From Minisyncoccota bacterium (GTDB taxonomy: Bacteria > Patescibacteriota > Minisyncoccia > Phycocordibacterales > UBA9973), in the NCBI GenBank assembly GCA_035353995.1, contig DAOQAL010000002.1:28729-92728 (forward strand): 64,000 nucleotides of DNA, in the 5' to 3' direction. Of this stretch, positions 60,435 to 64,000 are shown piece by piece. The notes beneath the pieces were generated by a model, which saw only the letters and a list, made by a program, of their open reading frames with translations, had not been told where the DNA came from and ran no database searches. The position numbers were made by a program, and so were the translations under genes. The first letter of the stretch is position 1. The number at the start of each line of letters is the position of its first letter.

Positions 60435-62217
60435 AACACATTCAGCAGGCAGAGTCTCAAAGACCTGCCAAAATTGTAAATGCGAATTCACTATTGAATC
60501 GGAAGATTTTAAATTTTACGAAAAGTTTGGAGTGCAGGTACCAGGATTTTGCCATGAATGTAGATTGCAAAGAAAATTAACATGGCGCAACGAGCGTTCT
60601 TTATATAAAAGAAATTGTGGTCTCTGTGGGAAGACGGTTATCTCTGTTTTTTCCTCAGACAAACCTTTTCCTGTGTATTGTCACGATTGTTATCGTGGAC
60701 ATTCCTGGGATCCACTTTCTTATGGAGAAGAAGTTGATTTTTCAAAGCATTTTTTAGATCAATTTTTTGAATTACAACAGAAAGTTCCTAGACAATATGC
60801 TTTGGTTTTCGGTAACATTAATAGTGAATATACCAATGGTACTGGTTACAACAAAAATTGTTATTTAATTTTTGTTAGTGATCACAACGAAGATTGTTTC
60901 TATTCCTTCAATATTTACTATTGTAGAAATTCTCTTGATCTTTCAACTTGTTTTAATTGTGAGTATTGTTATGAGCTTCTAAATTGTTCCGATTGTAATC
61001 ATTGTTCATTTTCGATCGACTGTCGAGATTCCTACAATCTTCTTTTTTCCAAAGATTGTGTAAATTGTCATGACTTAGTTGGTTGTGTTGGATTGCGTAA
61101 TAAAGCATATGCAATTTTTAATGTTGTTTATTCTAAAGAAGAATACGAGAAAAGAATTTCCGATTTAGATCTTTCCTCATACCATTCAACGATGGCAATT
61201 AAATCAAAGGCGCAGGATTTGTTCAGAAAATACCCAGTGAAATACTTACATGGATCAAACAATAAAGATGTGACTGGTGATATGGTAAATAATTCAAAAA
61301 ATACACTCCATGCTTTTTCTGCTAAGAGTCTTGAAGACAGTAAATATATTATCAATGGTAACAAAGCACGGGAATCTTATGAATGTTATGTAGCGGTAGA
61401 CGATTCGGAATATTGTTTTGATAGCTTGGGTTGTGCCAATACACAAAATGTGAAAGCTAGCCATTTACCTTGGGATAGTTTTGATTGTGATTATACAGAC
61501 GCTTGTGAGAGTTCCAATAACTGTTTCGGATGTGTAGGACTTTTGCATCATGAATACTGCATTTTAAATAAAAGATATTCCAAAGAGGAATATGTAAAAT
61601 TGCGTGAAAAAATTATTGCTGGAATGAAAGAAAAACCATATACCGATAAAGAGGGAAGAACATATAACTTCGGGGAGTTTTTTCCAGCAGAGTTTTCACC
61701 TCACGATTATAATGAAACATTAGCAAATTTTTATTACCCTCTTTCAAAAGAAGAAGCAAAAAAACATGGTTACTTTTGGAAAGATCCAGAACCAAAAGAT
61801 TATACAATAACTTTAGATTCTGATAACTTACCAAACAATATAAAAAATGTGGATGATTCGATTCTAAAAGAAGTAATAGTTTGCGAGCACAAAGGAAGTT
61901 GTATCACTGACCAATGTACGGAAGCATTTAGGATAACACCTGGAGAACTCGTTTTATATCGTCGTCTTAATATTCCTTTGCCTAGGTTGTGCCACAATTG
62001 TCGTTACTATGAACGCTTGAAGCTTGAAAACCCAAAGAAACTTTGGAAGAGACAATGTCAGTGTGCTGGATCTCACTCGGAAAATGGGTTATATAAAAAT
62101 ACAGGGACGCACGAACATAAAGGAGAGAAATGCCAAACTGAATTTGAAACCAGCTATGCTCCCGATAGGAAAGAGATTGTTTATTGTGAGAAGTGTTACC
62201 AAAAAGAGGTGTATTAA
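60415..62217 (+). CDS. Cys-rich CPR-type hypothetical protein (multiple CxxC motifs and Cys-rich repeats)
   Basis: CQNC, CHECR..WRNERSLYKR.C, VYCHDC, GCVGLR..YSKEEY repeats, LPRLCHNCR, VYCEKCY; likely start ATG 60415 overlapping the grpE end. Confidence 0.8.
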   Translation: MTNPQNKTHSAGRVSKTCQNCKCEFTIESEDFKFYEKFGVQVPGFCHECRLQRKLTWRNERSLYKRNCGLCGKTVISVFSSDKPFPVYCHDCYRGHSWDPLSYGEEVDFSKHFLDQFFELQQKVPRQYALVFGNINSEYTNGTGYNKNCYLIFVSDHNEDCFYSFNIYYCRNSLDLSTCFNCEYCYELLNCSDCNHCSFSIDCRDSYNLLFSKDCVNCHDLVGCVGLRNKAYAIFNVVYSKEEYEKRISDLDLSSYHSTMAIKSKAQDLFRKYPVKYLHGSNNKDVTGDMVNNSKNTLHAFSAKSLEDSKYIINGNKARESYECYVAVDDSEYCFDSLGCANTQNVKASHLPWDSFDCDYTDACESSNNCFGCVGLLHHEYCILNKRYSKEEYVKLREKIIAGMKEKPYTDKEGRTYNFGEFFPAEFSPHDYNETLANFYYPLSKEEAKKHGYFWKDPEPKDYTITLDSDNLPNNIKNVDDSILKEVIVCEHKGSCITDQCTEAFRITPGELVLYRRLNIPLPRLCHNCRYYERLKLENPKKLWKRQCQCAGSHSENGLYKNTGTHEHKGEKCQTEFETSYAPDRKEIVYCEKCYQKEVY

Positions 62218-62238
62218 AAAGATAAACTCCATTTTGAT

Positions 62239-62348
62239 ACAGTATACTGTAGCAAATTAAATCCATTAATACAATTTATAACAGTATACTGTGGTAAATT
62301 GAATTTACCTATGTAATTTATAACAGTTTACTGTGATAAATTGAATTT
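62239..62348. repeat. tandem array, period 42 bp, palindromic core ACAGT(A/T)TACTGT
   Basis: Cores at 62239, 62281 and 62323, each followed by N3-AAATT(A/G)AAT. Confidence 0.85.
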
Positions 62349-62874
62349 AGCTTTTGATAGATTCGATGAAGGCGAGAGAAGTTTCTGGGTCTAATTTATC
62401 TGTGACAATTATCATAAGTTCTGTAGAGAGGCCCAAATCTTTTTTTATATTAGTAAAAAGATGTTCGTATGGGTGAGGGGAGATCCAAACAGTATTTTTT
62501 ATACATACAAAATTTGCTTTCTTTAAAAGATAGCGTAATGCTTCACGTTCGCTTTTTCTTTCTTCCGGTATATCTAAAATTATAATTCTCCAAAATCCAT
62601 CCCAAGTATTTGGCACCAAAGCTTCTTCTCCTTCAAGTCGTATTGAATTTAATTTACCTTGTCCCTTTTTCGTTATTTTTAAATATTTTTGATTGTCAGA
62701 ATTGTGTATTTCTACGCAACCAGATTCAACTAATTGTTTGATTGAACGGGCTAAAGCATAGTTCCTTTTAGGATCATTATCCTTAATTGTGTCAAAAGAA
62801 ATTGCTGGTTTTTCTGCTAAAATTTTTAAAATAGCCTTTTGAATATTAGATTTTTTGGAATTTTCAGATTTCAT
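62347..62874 (-). CDS. winged-HTH plus Cas2-like (PaaX-central-domain type) protein
   Basis: N-terminal wHTH (LARSIKQLVESGCV..LKITKKG); WDGFWRIIILDIPE..R..LR..F..VWISP. Confidence 0.78.
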   Translation of the reverse strand: MKSENSKKSNIQKAILKILAEKPAISFDTIKDNDPKRNYALARSIKQLVESGCVEIHNSDNQKYLKITKKGQGKLNSIRLEGEEALVPNTWDGFWRIIILDIPEERKSEREALRYLLKKANFVCIKNTVWISPHPYEHLFTNIKKDLGLSTELMIIVTDKLDPETSLAFIESIKS

Positions 62875-62880
62875 ATTGAC

Positions 62881-62963
62881 ATTATAACATAGCTGAATAT
62901 AATATCAACAAGTATTTTGCGACCGCGAAATACTTGTCAAAAATGGGTGTATTAGTATATAAT
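62881..62963. promoter_or_regulatory. divergent promoters with a 30-bp operator-like palindrome
   Basis: Minus: TTGATA(62903-62908)-16-TATAAT(62881-62886). Plus: TTGTCA(62934-62939)-18-TATAAT(62958-62963). Palindrome at 62908-62937. Confidence 0.6.
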
Positions 62964-62978
62964 GGTTTTATTAGTTAG

Positions 62979-63017
62979 AAACCCCGAAAGTCGAAGTCGG
63001 GAAATAAAATAAATAAA
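62979..63017 (+). repeat. 39-bp direct repeat copy 1 (leader hairpin)
   Basis: AAACCCCGAAAGTCGAAGTCGGGAAATAAAATAAATAAA. Confidence 0.9.
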
Positions 63018-63020
63018 TAT

Positions 63021-63299
63021 ATGATAGATCCAAAAAAAATAGATTTTAATCAATTGCCAAAGAAGTTTTGTGACGGAGCAATTGGAGCATTTAATAAAGA
63101 ATCATTTTTCTTTGCTTTCACATCCGGAAATAATTTGGATGTCTTTGCTACTACTCCGAGAACAATGAAAGATATTGCGATTTTTCTGACAAGACATGTT
63201 GAAAATTATGAAAAACAATTCGGAGAAATAGATATGACCATTCCTGAAATACCGAGCCCACTTCAAATGTCCGATTTGGGTAGTTCTGATAAAAAATAA
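63021..63299 (+). CDS. DUF3467-like small protein
   Basis: TP..MK....L...VENYEKQFGEI C-terminal pattern. Confidence 0.6.
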   Translation: MIDPKKIDFNQLPKKFCDGAIGAFNKESFFFAFTSGNNLDVFATTPRTMKDIAIFLTRHVENYEKQFGEIDMTIPEIPSPLQMSDLGSSDKK

Positions 63300-63303
63300 T
63301 TAC

Positions 63304-63342
63304 AAACCCCGAAAGTCGAAGTCGGGAAATAAAATAAATAAA
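63304..63342 (+). repeat. 39-bp direct repeat copy 2 (dnaK leader)
   Basis: Identical to 62979-63017. Confidence 0.9.
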
Positions 63343-63349
63343 AATATAA

Positions 63350-64000
<651 letters not shown>

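Noticed and set aside
60456-60465. TCAAAGACC resembling a REP half-site in the Cys-rich gene
   Set aside because: Only 9 nt, no second arm, and it encodes SKT before the first CxxC; probably chance.
62239-62348. CRISPR array next to a Cas2-like gene
   Set aside because: Only 3 degenerate units, linkers of ~12 nt are too short for spacers, and there is no cas1 or effector; kept as a non-CRISPR finding.

Overview
AT-rich chromosomal window from a Candidate Phyla Radiation bacterium (Patescibacteria, Parcubacteria-like; inferred from the divergent 16S, the TrbC/VirB2-like pilin array, the short IF-2 and AlaRS, and several CPR-typical families). It uses standard genetic code 11. Most of it is housekeeping: rnj, secG, a stand-alone 16S rRNA, secA, murE/D/C, rpsA, gyrA, infB/rbfA, clpB, typA, mltG, mnmA, alaS, the infA-rpmJ-rpsM-rpsK-rpsD-rpoA-rplQ-rplM-rpsI block, grpE, partial dnaK, and six tRNAs. 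The most notable observations are these. (1) A REP/RAYT-like system: an HUH/Y1 transposase bracketed by two identical 21-bp palindromes (TGTCAAAGAC-N-GTCTTTGACA), with two dispersed copies, one of them read in frame inside murC. (2) A wHTH plus Cas2-like (PaaX-type) gene between grpE and dnaK, with an exact 42-bp-period palindrome array at its 3' end and a 30-bp operator-like palindrome over the divergent promoters at its 5' end. A 39-bp leader duplication precedes the next gene and dnaK. (3) A 16S rRNA lacking the anti-Shine-Dalgarno sequence, with widespread leaderless-looking promoters, and one operon that still carries perfect AGGAGGT sites. (4) An unannotated ~120-nt promoter-hairpin-terminator ncRNA candidate and a 22-aa Lys-rich micro-ORF upstream of secA. 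(5) A tRNA-Tyr nested between duplicates of its own 5' and 3' ends. All calls come from reading the sequence by eye; no searches were run.
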